Source: Candidatus Gottesmanbacteria bacterium
Lineage (GTDB): Bacteria; Patescibacteriota; Microgenomatia; 2-02-FULL-39-11
Direction of reading: 5' to 3'
Length of the DNA: 54,877 bases
Assembly (NCBI GenBank): GCA_016195685.1
Contig: JACPZE010000029.1
Coordinates: 1 to 54,877, forward strand
The stretch's first letter is position 1; each line of letters begins with the position of its first letter. Shown here piece by piece: positions 10,230 through 20,400 of the stretch. The notes under the pieces are model-generated. The model was not told the DNA's origin. It did no database searches and saw only the letters and a program-made list of their open reading frames with translations. The position numbers were made by a program, and so were the translations under genes.

Positions 10230-11198
10230 TTAAAGTAATGTTGATCCCTTATATATCTTCGGTTTAAGCCAATCCGGAGGAGCCTCGTTTGATTGCTGTT
10301 TTTTGGGTTGCTGAGGTTGTGGTTGCGGTTGTGTAGGTTGTATTTGAGGCGGAAACTGTATTTTGGGTTTTTGTTGAGGATTTTTGGGCATCACGGGTTT
10401 ATTAAACGATGGGATCATTGGTTGAGATGGGGGTGTAAAAGTTTTTGAAATACTAATTTTTCTTGCACCGCTGCGCAAACATTGTGCAGCAGCTTCATAA
10501 GTTGAAGCTTGGGTTTGAGGGGAATTAAAGTTGTCAGTTTCATTGGTCATTCCTGCCAAAATATTAGTAGCAGTATCATTATTTATAGTCAGTCCAAAGT
10601 TAGAAAACAGGCTAAGTGTCAGTTCAGAAATAGAAGAAATATTTGTGTCAACGATGTTTACCTTCCCAAAGCGGGTATTTTGGTTGCTGTTATCAATATT
10701 GACAATCGGTTTCTCAGCAAATAATCCCTGATTGTTGTTATAGATTTGGTTAAGATCTGCAAGTTTTGATATACCTATAGTAATAATCAAATCAGTATTT
10801 CCACCGCTACTTGCAAATCTGATAGCGTCGGCAGTTATCATGGGGTATCCTTCTCGTGGCTCGATGACCAAATTAAAAGTGTCATTTTCAATGTTGTAGC
10901 TTACTTTTTCTATAGATCCTTCTTGATACGGGAAAGAAATAACCAAGTTTTTTCCTTGACTATTTGAAACATTTCCGGTTACTTTATCCACTCCTACTAA
11001 TTGGTTAAATTCTACTGTCATCTGATCTGGGCAGACTACATTTACTTGGACTCCGCGAGCTGACAATCCCAAGTAAAAAGATAAAGCAGATGCTACAGAA
11101 TCGAAAGAAGGATTTCCAGGAAGGGCAATAAGTACTTCCTTTGCTCCTTCCAAAAGTGATCTTGCTTGACTGGTTTGATCGATTGATGAATTTATCAT
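10230..11198 (-). CDS. DHH/NrnA-like phosphoesterase homolog with degenerate catalytic motifs and a Pro/Gln-rich tail
   Basis: DHH-fold spacing (NPSFDSVAS; IVNIDNS instead of IDHH; SSISEL; A..ILAGM..ET..F); located after infB, as nrnA often is. Confidence 0.7.
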   Translation of the reverse strand: MINSSIDQTSQARSLLEGAKEVLIALPGNPSFDSVASALSFYLGLSARGVQVNVVCPDQMTVEFNQLVGVDKVTGNVSNSQGKNLVISFPYQEGSIEKVSYNIENDTFNLVIEPREGYPMITADAIRFASSGGNTDLIITIGISKLADLNQIYNNNQGLFAEKPIVNIDNSNQNTRFGKVNIVDTNISSISELTLSLFSNFGLTINNDTATNILAGMTNETDNFNSPQTQASTYEAAAQCLRSGARKISISKTFTPPSQPMIPSFNKPVMPKNPQQKPKIQFPPQIQPTQPQPQPQQPKKQQSNEAPPDWLKPKIYKGSTLL

Positions 11199-11240
11199 AT
11201 GTATATACTAAGCAACCCCCCTTACTTCAGAGGGGTATAA

Positions 11241-12704
11241 TTAGCCTATAGATATTATACTATCACCTGTCAAGAAAGTAATATTATCTGCCAAAATTAC
11301 TCCTGCTTCCATGCCTTGTTCTGCTTTTGTGATGTCTTCTTTTCCATGGCGAAGTGATTTGATACGGCTGCGTCCCAATTCTACTTCTTTTCTGACAATC
11401 TTTACCTTGTCACCACGGGCGATTCTACCTGAGGAGATTTTTACTCCGGCTACAACTTGATCTTTCATGGTAAAAACTGCCATTATTTTTGCTTCTCCCA
11501 GAATTTCCACAAGATTTCCAGTGAGTGCAGCTTCCACAACGTCATCAATTTCTTCAAGTAGCTCATAAATAATATTATAAGTTTTAAGGATGACTTTTTC
11601 CGAATCTGCTAGTTTCACTACGGAATCGGCGATTTTCATATTAAAACCAATAACGATAGCTTTTGTAGTTTTGGCCAAGAGAATATCTGATTCGCTGATT
11701 TGACCGGCTCCACTAGCAATAACAATGGCATTTTTAGGCAAACTGCCCAAAATAGCTTCAAGGGTGCCAAAATTATCAGATTTGATGATGAAATTGATTT
11801 TTTCCTGTTCTATTTCTTGTTCAGATGAAGGCGTAGTAATAATTTCTGTTTTTATGGCAGGGGTTATTTCCTCTTCCACTTTTTGTCCAAGCGCAACTGC
11901 TGATTTTTTATAAAGTGCTGATCCTACTAAAGGTACTTTTTGCCAGCCCAAAATTTCAGTTGGATCACCTGGTATCACCTGGGTTTTGTTTTGACCTAAC
12001 CAGTTAATAAATGCACGAACTTTAAATGTCTGATCTTCACAAACCACCTCTTCACCGATAGATAATTTACCGCTTCTTATAATAATTGTAGCTACTGCTC
12101 CACGGCTCTTGGAAAGAGTAGATTCTATGACAACCGCTTTGAATTTGCCGGCCATATCTTCTTGGACTTGATTGAGTTCTGATAAAAGTAAAATCATCTC
12201 CAAAAGTTTCTCTACTCCCTCACCTGTTTTGGCAGAAAGAGGAATTACTGGTATCTCTCCGCCATACTCTTCCAAATTCAAACCATGTTTGGTAAGTTGC
12301 TTTTTTATTTTATCTATATTGATGTCCGGCAGGTCAATTTTGTTTATTGCTACAATGGCTGGTATTTGTGCATTCTGGATAAGATTAATAGATTCTATAG
12401 TCTGGGGCATGACTCCGTCATTGGCAGCAACGACCAAAACTGCAATATCGGATACGTCCGCTCCTCTTCCTCTCATTTTGGCAAAAGCTTGGTGTCCTGG
12501 GGTATCAATAAAGGTTATTTTACCTTTGGGTGTTTCTATTTGATAAGCTCCGATATGCTGGGTAATACCGCCGTGTTCACGCTGTGCAATATTGGTTTTT
12601 CTTATTGTATCTAGAAGTGAGGTTTTGCCATGATCTACATGGCCCAAAATCGTTACAATAGGAGCACGTGTTGCAATATATTGAGTCTTTGACTTTTTGA
12701 CCAT
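11241..12704 (-). CDS. infB: Translation initiation factor IF-2 (short form, no N-terminal domain)
   Basis: [36 protein letters not shown]. Confidence 0.96.
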   Translation of the reverse strand: MVKKSKTQYIATRAPIVTILGHVDHGKTSLLDTIRKTNIAQREHGGITQHIGAYQIETPKGKITFIDTPGHQAFAKMRGRGADVSDIAVLVVAANDGVMPQTIESINLIQNAQIPAIVAINKIDLPDINIDKIKKQLTKHGLNLEEYGGEIPVIPLSAKTGEGVEKLLEMILLLSELNQVQEDMAGKFKAVVIESTLSKSRGAVATIIIRSGKLSIGEEVVCEDQTFKVRAFINWLGQNKTQVIPGDPTEILGWQKVPLVGSALYKKSAVALGQKVEEEITPAIKTEIITTPSSEQEIEQEKINFIIKSDNFGTLEAILGSLPKNAIVIASGAGQISESDILLAKTTKAIVIGFNMKIADSVVKLADSEKVILKTYNIIYELLEEIDDVVEAALTGNLVEILGEAKIMAVFTMKDQVVAGVKISSGRIARGDKVKIVRKEVELGRSRIKSLRHGKEDITKAEQGMEAGVILADNITFLTGDSIISIG

Positions 12705-12743
12705 AATTTTATTTCACGAAAAGTTGGACTTGCCATTTTTAAT

Positions 12744-13829
12744 CTATTTTTCTACTTTCTCTTTTATCTTTTTAGTCTTTGCCTTTTTTGTTTTTTTGTC
12801 TGATTTTGCCATTTTCGTGTCAGTTGTTTTCTTATCGTCATTTGACTTATTGGTTATAGGAGGTTGAATTACTGTAGGTTGTGATTTAGGTTTAATATCT
12901 ATTTTCCAACCCGTCAGTTTTCCAGCAAGTCTGACATTTTGTCCTTCCTTGCCTATGGCCAGTGAGAGTTGGTCATCCGGTACCAAGGCGATCACTGTTT
13001 TTTTCTTGTCGTTAAGTTCAATAACTATATCTTTAGCCGGAGCAAGAGCAGCTTGAATAAATTGTTTCTGATCCTCACCCCATTGGATAATGTCTACTTT
13101 TTCCATACCTCCCAATTCATTAATAACAGCTTGTACGCGTATTCCTTTTTGACCTACGCAACTACCTACAGGATCAACTCCGGATGCAGTGGAAGCGACG
13201 GCAATTTTACAGCGGTGCCCAGCTTCTCTTGCAATTTCCTTTAATATAACCGATCCGTTAGATACTTCAGGTACCTCTCTTTGGAAAAGACCGGAAACGA
13301 GACCTTTGTGAGCACGTGAAACGATAATCTGGTTTCCTTTCATAGAATCCCTGATTCCTTCTATATAAAATGTAAGGCGTTGGTTTAATCGGTATTGTTC
13401 GTTGGGAATTTGTTCTTGGGGAGGCATAACGGTTTCAGCCCGCCCAATATCAACTATGACATTTGGCCCGTCAAATCGAAGAACCATACCATTAATGATC
13501 GTACCTACTCGAGCAGAATATTCATCTATTATGGCCTTTTTTTCTGCCTCTCTTATTCTTTGCAGAATAACTTGTTTGGCTGTTTGGGTAGCAATTCTTC
13601 CAAATCCTGCTGGGGTAATATCTTTTTTATCTAAATATATTCTGGCTTCCCCAGTATCAGAATTTATTTTTACTTCAAGCTTGTCTAATTCAGATCCGCC
13701 ATAATCTTTGCGATAAGCAGCAAGAATGGCTGCCTTAATTGTTTCAATTACCGATTCAGGATCAATTCCACGTTCTGTGGCTACTTGATTTAATGCCAAT
13801 GCGAATTCGCTTCTAACTACAGCTGACAT
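12744..13829 (-). CDS. nusA: Transcription termination/antitermination factor NusA
   Basis: FGRIATQTAKQVILQ, S1, KH (AREAG.R.K, DPVGSCVG, SLAIGKEGQNVRLA); start moved to ATG 13829. Confidence 0.96.
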   Translation of the reverse strand: MSAVVRSEFALALNQVATERGIDPESVIETIKAAILAAYRKDYGGSELDKLEVKINSDTGEARIYLDKKDITPAGFGRIATQTAKQVILQRIREAEKKAIIDEYSARVGTIINGMVLRFDGPNVIVDIGRAETVMPPQEQIPNEQYRLNQRLTFYIEGIRDSMKGNQIIVSRAHKGLVSGLFQREVPEVSNGSVILKEIAREAGHRCKIAVASTASGVDPVGSCVGQKGIRVQAVINELGGMEKVDIIQWGEDQKQFIQAALAPAKDIVIELNDKKKTVIALVPDDQLSLAIGKEGQNVRLAGKLTGWKIDIKPKSQPTVIQPPITNKSNDDKKTTDTKMAKSDKKTKKAKTKKIKEKVEK

Positions 13830-13839
13830 ATATAAAAAT

Positions 13840-13856
13840 GGTGGGGATGTCCCACC
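13840..13856 (-). promoter_or_regulatory. Terminator-like hairpin in the nusA 5' leader (rimP/nusA-leader-like)
   Basis: Minus strand GGTGGG-ACATC-CCCACC followed by ATTTTT, 10 nt before the nusA ATG. Confidence 0.55.
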
Positions 13857-13872
13857 GCAAAATATTGAATTT

Positions 13873-13901
13873 ATCTTACCATACAAAGAAGCACTTGACA
13901 A
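13873..13901 (-). promoter_or_regulatory. Sigma70-type promoter for the nusA operon
   Basis: Minus strand TTGTCA-17-TAAGAT with extended -10 TG. Confidence 0.55.
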
Positions 13902-13922
13902 GTAGACTAAGTATGATAAAAT
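13895..13922 (+). promoter_or_regulatory. Sigma70-type promoter for rpoBC
   Basis: TTGACA-16-TAAAAT with TGn extended -10. Confidence 0.65.
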
Positions 13923-14013
13923 TTTGCTAATTTAATATCTGGCATAAGGCGTACAAAGTATGCGTACGCTTCTTTTGTCGTTGACAATTTTACTTCAAGA
14001 AGTAATTTTCCCA

Positions 14014-17000
14014 ATGCGAAAATCCAATATTAACTCTTTTAAGCAACAAGCAAATAAGCGCCTCGATTGGGGGAAAAGTTTCTCTAATTTGCCGATACTT
14101 GATCTTATTGCGGTACAAAAAGAATCTTACTCACGTTTTTTGACAGAAGGTATTTCAGAACTTTTAGCAGAAATTTCTCCAGTTGAGGATTTTACCGGTA
14201 AAAATTGGACCCTCACTTTTGGTAAACATCACTTCGATAAACCCAAATATCAACCCTCAGAATGTCTAGACAAAGGACTCACTTTTGATATGTCTTTAAA
14301 AGTAGAAGCAATTCTGACAAATAAACAAACTGGACGTCAAATAAATCAGGAAGTTTTTCTAGGTGATGTTCCGGCCATGACAGAAAACGGTACATTTATC
14401 ATAAACGGAGTTGAAAGATGTATCGTGAATCAGATAGTAAGATCTCCAGGAGCTTACTTTACAGGGGATATGGATCCTGTTACCGGAAAGATGCTTTACA
14501 TTGCCGAAGTTAGACCCATGTTTGGTTCTTGGCTGGATTTTGCAATAACAAGGAATGATGTGATTACTGTGAGAATAGATAGACGCCGAAAATATACTGC
14601 TACAACTTTTCTTCGCGCAATTGGAATAGCAGATGATGAAACAATTCTTTCACTCTTTAAAGATACAGAGAAAGATCATCCATTTATTGCAACTACAATT
14701 GAGAAAGATACAACTAAGACAAAAGAGGAAGCTTTAGTTGAGATCTATCGCAAAATGCGACCCGGAGAACCAGCAGTCGTAGAAAATGCCGCTGAACTTT
14801 TAAATAATTTGTTTTTTAATCCCAGAAGGTATTCCTTGGGTGCTGTAGGGCGTTATAAACTAAATAAGAAAATCGGAGTCAATTCTGTCAATGATAAATC
14901 AAATTGGACCTTAACGGTAGATGATGTGGTTGGAATTATTAAATATCTGATTACTCTCACAAGAGGTGCAGGGGATACAGATGATATTGATCATATGGGT
15001 AATCGAAGAATCCGTCGTGTGGGAGAGTTAGTAGCAACAAACGCTTTTAAACTGGGTCTTACTAGATTGGAAAGATCAATCCGGGAACGGATGAGCTTGG
15101 CTGGTACACAAATAGAAATTACTCCAGCTCAAGTGATCAATGCCCGTCCGATTATAGCTTCTATTAATGACTTCTTTAGGACCAGTCAGCTTTCTACAAT
15201 ACTAGATCAGACTAATCCGCTTGCTGAGGTAGATAATTTGAGAAGGTTAACAGTCATGGGTGTAGGAGGTATATCTCGTGAACGCGCTTCATTTTCTATC
15301 CGGGACATTAATTCATCTCAATATAGTCGCATTTGTCCAGTAAGAAGCCCAGAAGGTCCAAATATAGGGTTAGTGACGTATCTGGCTCTTTATGCCAGAG
15401 TAAATGAATACGGATTTTTGGAAGCTCCATATAGAAAAGTAGTTTTAGAAGGTAAATCAAAAAAACCAAGAGTGACTGATGAAATTATTTATTTGACAGC
15501 TGATGATGAGCAAAATTACTATATTACTCATGCCGAAGTGTCGATTGACAATAAAGGATATCTAACTGCCGACCGTTTACCAGCCCGTTATAAAGGTGAT
15601 TTTTTGGAGACTGAAGCCAGCAACATAAGTTTCATAGATGTTGTTCCGCGTCAGGTTGTGGGTGTGGCTGCTTCTCTAATTCCATTTTTAGCCCATGATG
15701 AAGCAAATAGGGCATTGATGGGTACTCATATGCAATGTCAAGCTGTCCCTCTTATCCAGCCGTCTTCTCCCGTAGTAGGAACAGGGATGGAGTCGGTGAT
15801 CCCGCAGGCATTAAAGCGTGCTATAGTATCTCCAGAAAACGGAAAAGTAGTATATGTGGATGCTACAAAACTAGTAGTAAAGGGAAAAAGCGGCAAAGAA
15901 TATACATATAATATAGAAAAATTCAAACGAACATCGCAAAATACTTGTTTCTCTCAAAATCCCCTCGTGTCTTTGGGTGAAAAGGTCATTAAAGATCAGC
16001 CAATCGTAGATGCTCCAGCATCAGAAAATGGAGAACTTGCGTTGGGAAAAAATGTGTTAATCGCTTATGCATCTTTTGATGGTTTAGGTTACGAAGATGC
16101 TATTGTGATATCTGATAGATTAGTAAAAGATGATGCTTTAACCTCAATCAGCATTGAAGAATATGAATCTGAAGTAGTAGATACAAAGTTAGGACCGGAA
16201 GAAACAACCAGAGATATCCCGAATGTAGGCGAGGAAGCTTTGGCTAATCTAGATGACAAAGGAATAGTTGTAATAGGAGCTGAAGTTGAGCCAAATGATA
16301 TTTTGGTTGGGAAAATAGCTCCAAAAGGAGAAACTGAGCTTACCGCGGAAGAAAGATTACTCAGGGCGATTTTTGGTGAGAAAGCCCGTGAAGTTCGTGA
16401 TACTTCTCTTCGTATGCCTCACGGTGAAAAGGGAGTGGTGATAGATGTAAAAATTTTGGATAGAGAAAAAGGTGATGAATTACAGCCCGGTACAATTAAA
16501 AAAATAATAGTGAAAGTTGCCCAAATGAGAAAAGTGGTTGTAGGCGATAAGTTAGCCGGAAGACATGGTAATAAAGGTGTCATAAGTAAAATAGTACCAG
16601 CTTCAGACATGCCTTATTTTGCCGATGGAACCCCAGTTGACGTAATTATTTCTCCACTCTCAGTTTTGTCCAGGATGAACTTGGGGCAATTGTTAGAAGC
16701 TCATCTCGGATGGGGAGCTTTTACGGGTAATTATAAAGTTGCAGTGCCGGTTTTTGAGCCTATTTCTGAGCAAAGAATAATTTCAGAATTAAAAGATCAT
16801 AATCTTCCTGTTTCAGGAAAAGCAACTCTATATGATGGTAGAACAGGACAAGCTTATAAAGAACCAATCGTAGTGGGTATAGGGTATATCATGAAACTTA
16901 TCCACATGGTGGAAGATAAAACCCACGCAAGGTCAACCGGTCCATATTCACTTGTTACACAACAGCCTTTGGGTGGAAAAGCACAAATGGGAGGTCAAAG

Positions 17001-17397
17001 ACTTGGAGAGATGGAAGTGTGGGCTCTTGAAGCTCATAGAGCAGCCTTTGCTTTACAGGAGATGTTGACACTTAAGTCCGATGATGTAGTAGGAAGAGCC
17101 AGGGCGTTTGAAGCAATTGTAAAAGGGACCGATATACCAGCTTCATCAATACCCGAATCTTTTAAAGTATTAGTGAAAGAACTTCAAGCTTTAGGCTTAA
17201 ATGTTATTCCAACAGGAGCAGTGACAGCAAGTAAGAAATTTACTGCAGTTTCCGATGATGAAACAAAAGAAGTAGAAGTGGTAAAAGAAGCAAAAGATCT
17301 AGCGAAAGCTTCAGGACAGGATTTAATTCCCGATTCAAAAGTATCAATTAGTAATGTACCTACTCCGGAAGATGAAAATATAAAAGGAGGATTATAA
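14014..17397 (+). CDS. rpoB: RNA polymerase beta subunit
   Basis: GTFIINGVER, PEGPNIGL, GDKLAGRHGNKG, GGQRLGEMEVWA, PESFKVL; start probably ATG 14014. Confidence 0.98.
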   Translation: MRKSNINSFKQQANKRLDWGKSFSNLPILDLIAVQKESYSRFLTEGISELLAEISPVEDFTGKNWTLTFGKHHFDKPKYQPSECLDKGLTFDMSLKVEAILTNKQTGRQINQEVFLGDVPAMTENGTFIINGVERCIVNQIVRSPGAYFTGDMDPVTGKMLYIAEVRPMFGSWLDFAITRNDVITVRIDRRRKYTATTFLRAIGIADDETILSLFKDTEKDHPFIATTIEKDTTKTKEEALVEIYRKMRPGEPAVVENAAELLNNLFFNPRRYSLGAVGRYKLNKKIGVNSVNDKSNWTLTVDDVVGIIKYLITLTRGAGDTDDIDHMGNRRIRRVGELVATNAFKLGLTRLERSIRERMSLAGTQIEITPAQVINARPIIASINDFFRTSQLSTILDQTNPLAEVDNLRRLTVMGVGGISRERASFSIRDINSSQYSRICPVRSPEGPNIGLVTYLALYARVNEYGFLEAPYRKVVLEGKSKKPRVTDEIIYLTADDEQNYYITHAEVSIDNKGYLTADRLPARYKGDFLETEASNISFIDVVPRQVVGVAASLIPFLAHDEANRALMGTHMQCQAVPLIQPSSPVVGTGMESVIPQALKRAIVSPENGKVVYVDATKLVVKGKSGKEYTYNIEKFKRTSQNTCFSQNPLVSLGEKVIKDQPIVDAPASENGELALGKNVLIAYASFDGLGYEDAIVISDRLVKDDALTSISIEEYESEVVDTKLGPEETTRDIPNVGEEALANLDDKGIVVIGAEVEPNDILVGKIAPKGETELTAEERLLRAIFGEKAREVRDTSLRMPHGEKGVVIDVKILDREKGDELQPGTIKKIIVKVAQMRKVVVGDKLAGRHGNKGVISKIVPASDMPYFADGTPVDVIISPLSVLSRMNLGQLLEAHLGWGAFTGNYKVAVPVFEPISEQRIISELKDHNLPVSGKATLYDGRTGQAYKEPIVVGIGYIMKLIHMVEDKTHARSTGPYSLVTQQPLGGKAQMGGQRLGEMEVWALEAHRAAFALQEMLTLKSDDVVGRARAFEAIVKGTDIPASSIPESFKVLVKELQALGLNVIPTGAVTASKKFTAVSDDETKEVEVVKEAKDLAKASGQDLIPDSKVSISNVPTPEDENIKGGL

Positions 17398-17432
17398 ATA
17401 GTTATTAGTTAGTTGGTTACTTAGTTAGTTAG
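17398..17432. repeat. AT-rich TTAGTT(A/G) short tandem repeat, left-arm type
   Basis: TAGTTATTAGTTAGTTGGTTACTTAGTTAGTTAG between rpoB and rpoC. Confidence 0.7.
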
Positions 17433-17459
17433 AAAATTACTGAGAGATGAAATAAAAAT

Positions 17460-20400
17460 ATGGATAAAAAAGGGAATTTCGGAAATATCGTAGATTTTTC
17501 AGGCTTGAAGCTGACTTTAGCATCACCTACTGATATCAACGGCTGGTCCTATGGAGAAATCACCAAACCCGAAACAATAAATTACAGGACTCTTAAACCA
17601 GAAAAAGACGGTTTATTTGACGAAAGGATTTTTGGTCCCACCAAAGATTGGGAATGTTATTGTGGAAAGTATAAACGTATAAGATACAAAGGTATTATCT
17701 GTGATAAATGTGGAGTGGAAGTGACCCAAAGTAAAGTAAGACGTGAAAGAATGGGTCATATAAAATTAGCTGCGCCTGTAGCTCATGTCTGGTTTTTCAA
17801 AGGATCACCATCAAAGTTGTCGCTCATCTTGGATCTTACTCCAAAATCACTTGAGAATGTGGTTTATTTTGCTTCGTATCTTATAACTGAAATTGACAAA
17901 GATGAACAGAAGAAAGCACAAGATGTTTTAATTGCTGTATTTGAAAAAAAGAAAAAGGATAGGACTCATGAATACGAGGTAAAAACTAAAGCAGTAGAAG
18001 AAGAATGTAATAAAGCGAGAAACGATTTGGATAATAAAATCAAGAACAAAGAAGCTAAAGATTTGGCGTCGGAAGAATTGGTATTTAGAAAGAAACAGCA
18101 ATTAACTGCACTTACAGAAGAGTATGAACGTTTGGAAGATACAGCAAAAGAAATACTAAAAACAATTGCCGATCTTATCGGAAGATTAAGACCCCTAACC
18201 ATTATTTCCGAAGATGAATACCTAAAACTGCGTGAGTATGATGTCGGCTCATTTTTCAAAGTAGGAATGGGAGCAGAGTGTATTTTGGAAGTCTTGAAAA
18301 AATTGGATTTAGCAAAGATAACTGCAGATCTTCGAAAAAAAGCCCAAGAATTATCTGGTCCTAGAAAAATCAAAGTTACGAAAAGATTGCGGGTAGCCGA
18401 AGCCATAAAAAAAGCAGGTGTAGATCCTTCATGGATGGTATGGACAGTATTACCGGTTATTCCACCAGATTTGCGGCCTATGGTACAGCTTACCGGAGGA
18501 AAATTTGCCACATCTGATTTGAATGATTTGTATAGAAGGGTTATCAATCGCAATAATAGGTTAAAACATCTTATTGAATTGGGAGCTCCGGAGATTATCC
18601 TTCGAAATGAAAAAAGGATGCTTCAAGAGGCAGTTGATTCTCTTATAGACGCCAGCCAAAGAACTGGAGGCAGGACTAATACTCAAGCTACTTTAAGATC
18701 CCTATCAGATATGTTGAGGGGTAAACAAGGAAGATTCAGGCAAAACCTATTGGGTAAAAGAGTTGATTATTCAGGGAGAACCGTAATTGTTGTAGGTCCA
18801 GAATTGTCGCTTACCTCATGTGGCATTCCGAAAGAAATGGCTTTGGAACTTTTCAAACCATTTGTACTGCGGGAACTTATTGTCCGCGGTCTTGCACCAA
18901 ATGTGAAAAGCGCAAAGAATATCCTCGAAAGACGCCAAGCACAAGTTTTTGATATTTTGGAGGAAATCACTAAAAATCACCCAGTGCTATTAAACCGTGC
19001 GCCCACACTTCATAAATTGGGTATTCAAGCTTTTTATCCGATTCTAATTGAGGGTTCAGCCATCCGAATACACCCATGTGTCTGCGCGGGTTATAATGCT
19101 GATTTTGACGGAGATCAAATGGCGGTGCATGTACCATTATCTGTTTCTGCTCAACAAGAAGCTAAAGATCTAATGATGCCATCACATAATTTACTAAAGC
19201 CTGCTGATGGTTCACCAATTACTATTCCAAACAAGGAAATGGCTTTAGGGTGTTTCTATTTGACCAGTTTTGCTCAAGGGTCGCAGACTGTCAAAGAAGA
19301 AGAAGTAAAAATATTTCTCAGCGTTGAAGAGGCAATCTATGCTTATCAGTCGGGTAAAATTGACTTGAGAGTTCCGATCAGAACGTATATAAACGGTAAA
19401 CTAATGTTTACAACAATTGGAAGAATACTTTTTAATGAAATGTTGCCAGATGAGATGCGCTATTTTAACGAACCTGTAAAGGCAGTAACTATTAAAACTC
19501 TTCTGACTCGTGCGTTTTCACTCTATCCGCAGGAAGAAGTCGCAATACTTATTGATAAATTTAAAGATTTTGGTTTTTACGGTGCCACTATGGCCGGAGG
19601 TATGTCCCTTTCAGTTTTTGATAATTTGATTATTCCCGAAAAGGCAAAGATGATCAATGACGCTGAGAAGAGAAGCGCTGACGTAAATGAGAATTACCGC
19701 CAGGGGCTTATTACCAATGAAGAACGCAAACGTTTAAATAACGAAGTTTGGATTGATATTACAGAACAATTGGCTGATAAAACCTGGAATGCAATGCCTG
19801 ATGATAATCCGGTAAAAATCATCATCAATTCAGGTGGAGCTCGTGCTTCCAAAGATCAATTAAAACAATTATGTGCTGTAAAAGGGTTGGTTGTAGATCC
19901 TTTAGGTAAAATCGTAGAACTGCCAACGAAATCAAATTACAGAGAAGGATTATCTATTTTTGAATATGTGACTTCCACTCGTGGTTCAAGGAAAGGGCTT
20001 ACAGATTCAGCGCTTAAAACTGCTGATGCAGGTTATTTGACCAGACGTCTTGTAGATGTAGCCCATGATGTGATTATAAGAAGTAAAGAGTGTGGAGGTA
20101 AAAATGGTATTGAGATTTTGCGTGGAGCATTGAGGCAAGCAACTTTAGAGACAAGAGTAAACGGGAGAGTCTTAGTAGAAGATTTGATACATCCCAAAAC
20201 CAAAAAAACTCTTCTTAAATCAGGCGAAGTGTTGACGGAAGATAAATTGTATTTATTGGATGGAATTGATAAAGTGGTGGTTCGTTCTCCATTGACTTGT
20301 GCGTTGACAACGGGATTGTGTGAAGCTTGTTATGGTATAGATCTGAGCAATAAAAAGTTTGTGAATTTGGGTACTCCGGTAGGAGTTATCGCAGCACAGT

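Noticed and set aside
11215-11236. GC hairpin between infB and the DHH gene as a terminator
   Set aside because: No convincing U-tract on the coding strand; function cannot be assigned
17850-18200. Charged coiled-coil insertion in RpoC as a possible intein
   Set aside because: No intein terminal residues or endonuclease motifs; it resembles known lineage-specific beta' insertions
17966-18553. Long antisense ORFs (e.g. 17966-18553, 25878-26420, 41465-41986, 46785-47417, 54478-54861)
   Set aside because: Shadows of conserved genes on the opposite strand, with no recognisable motifs
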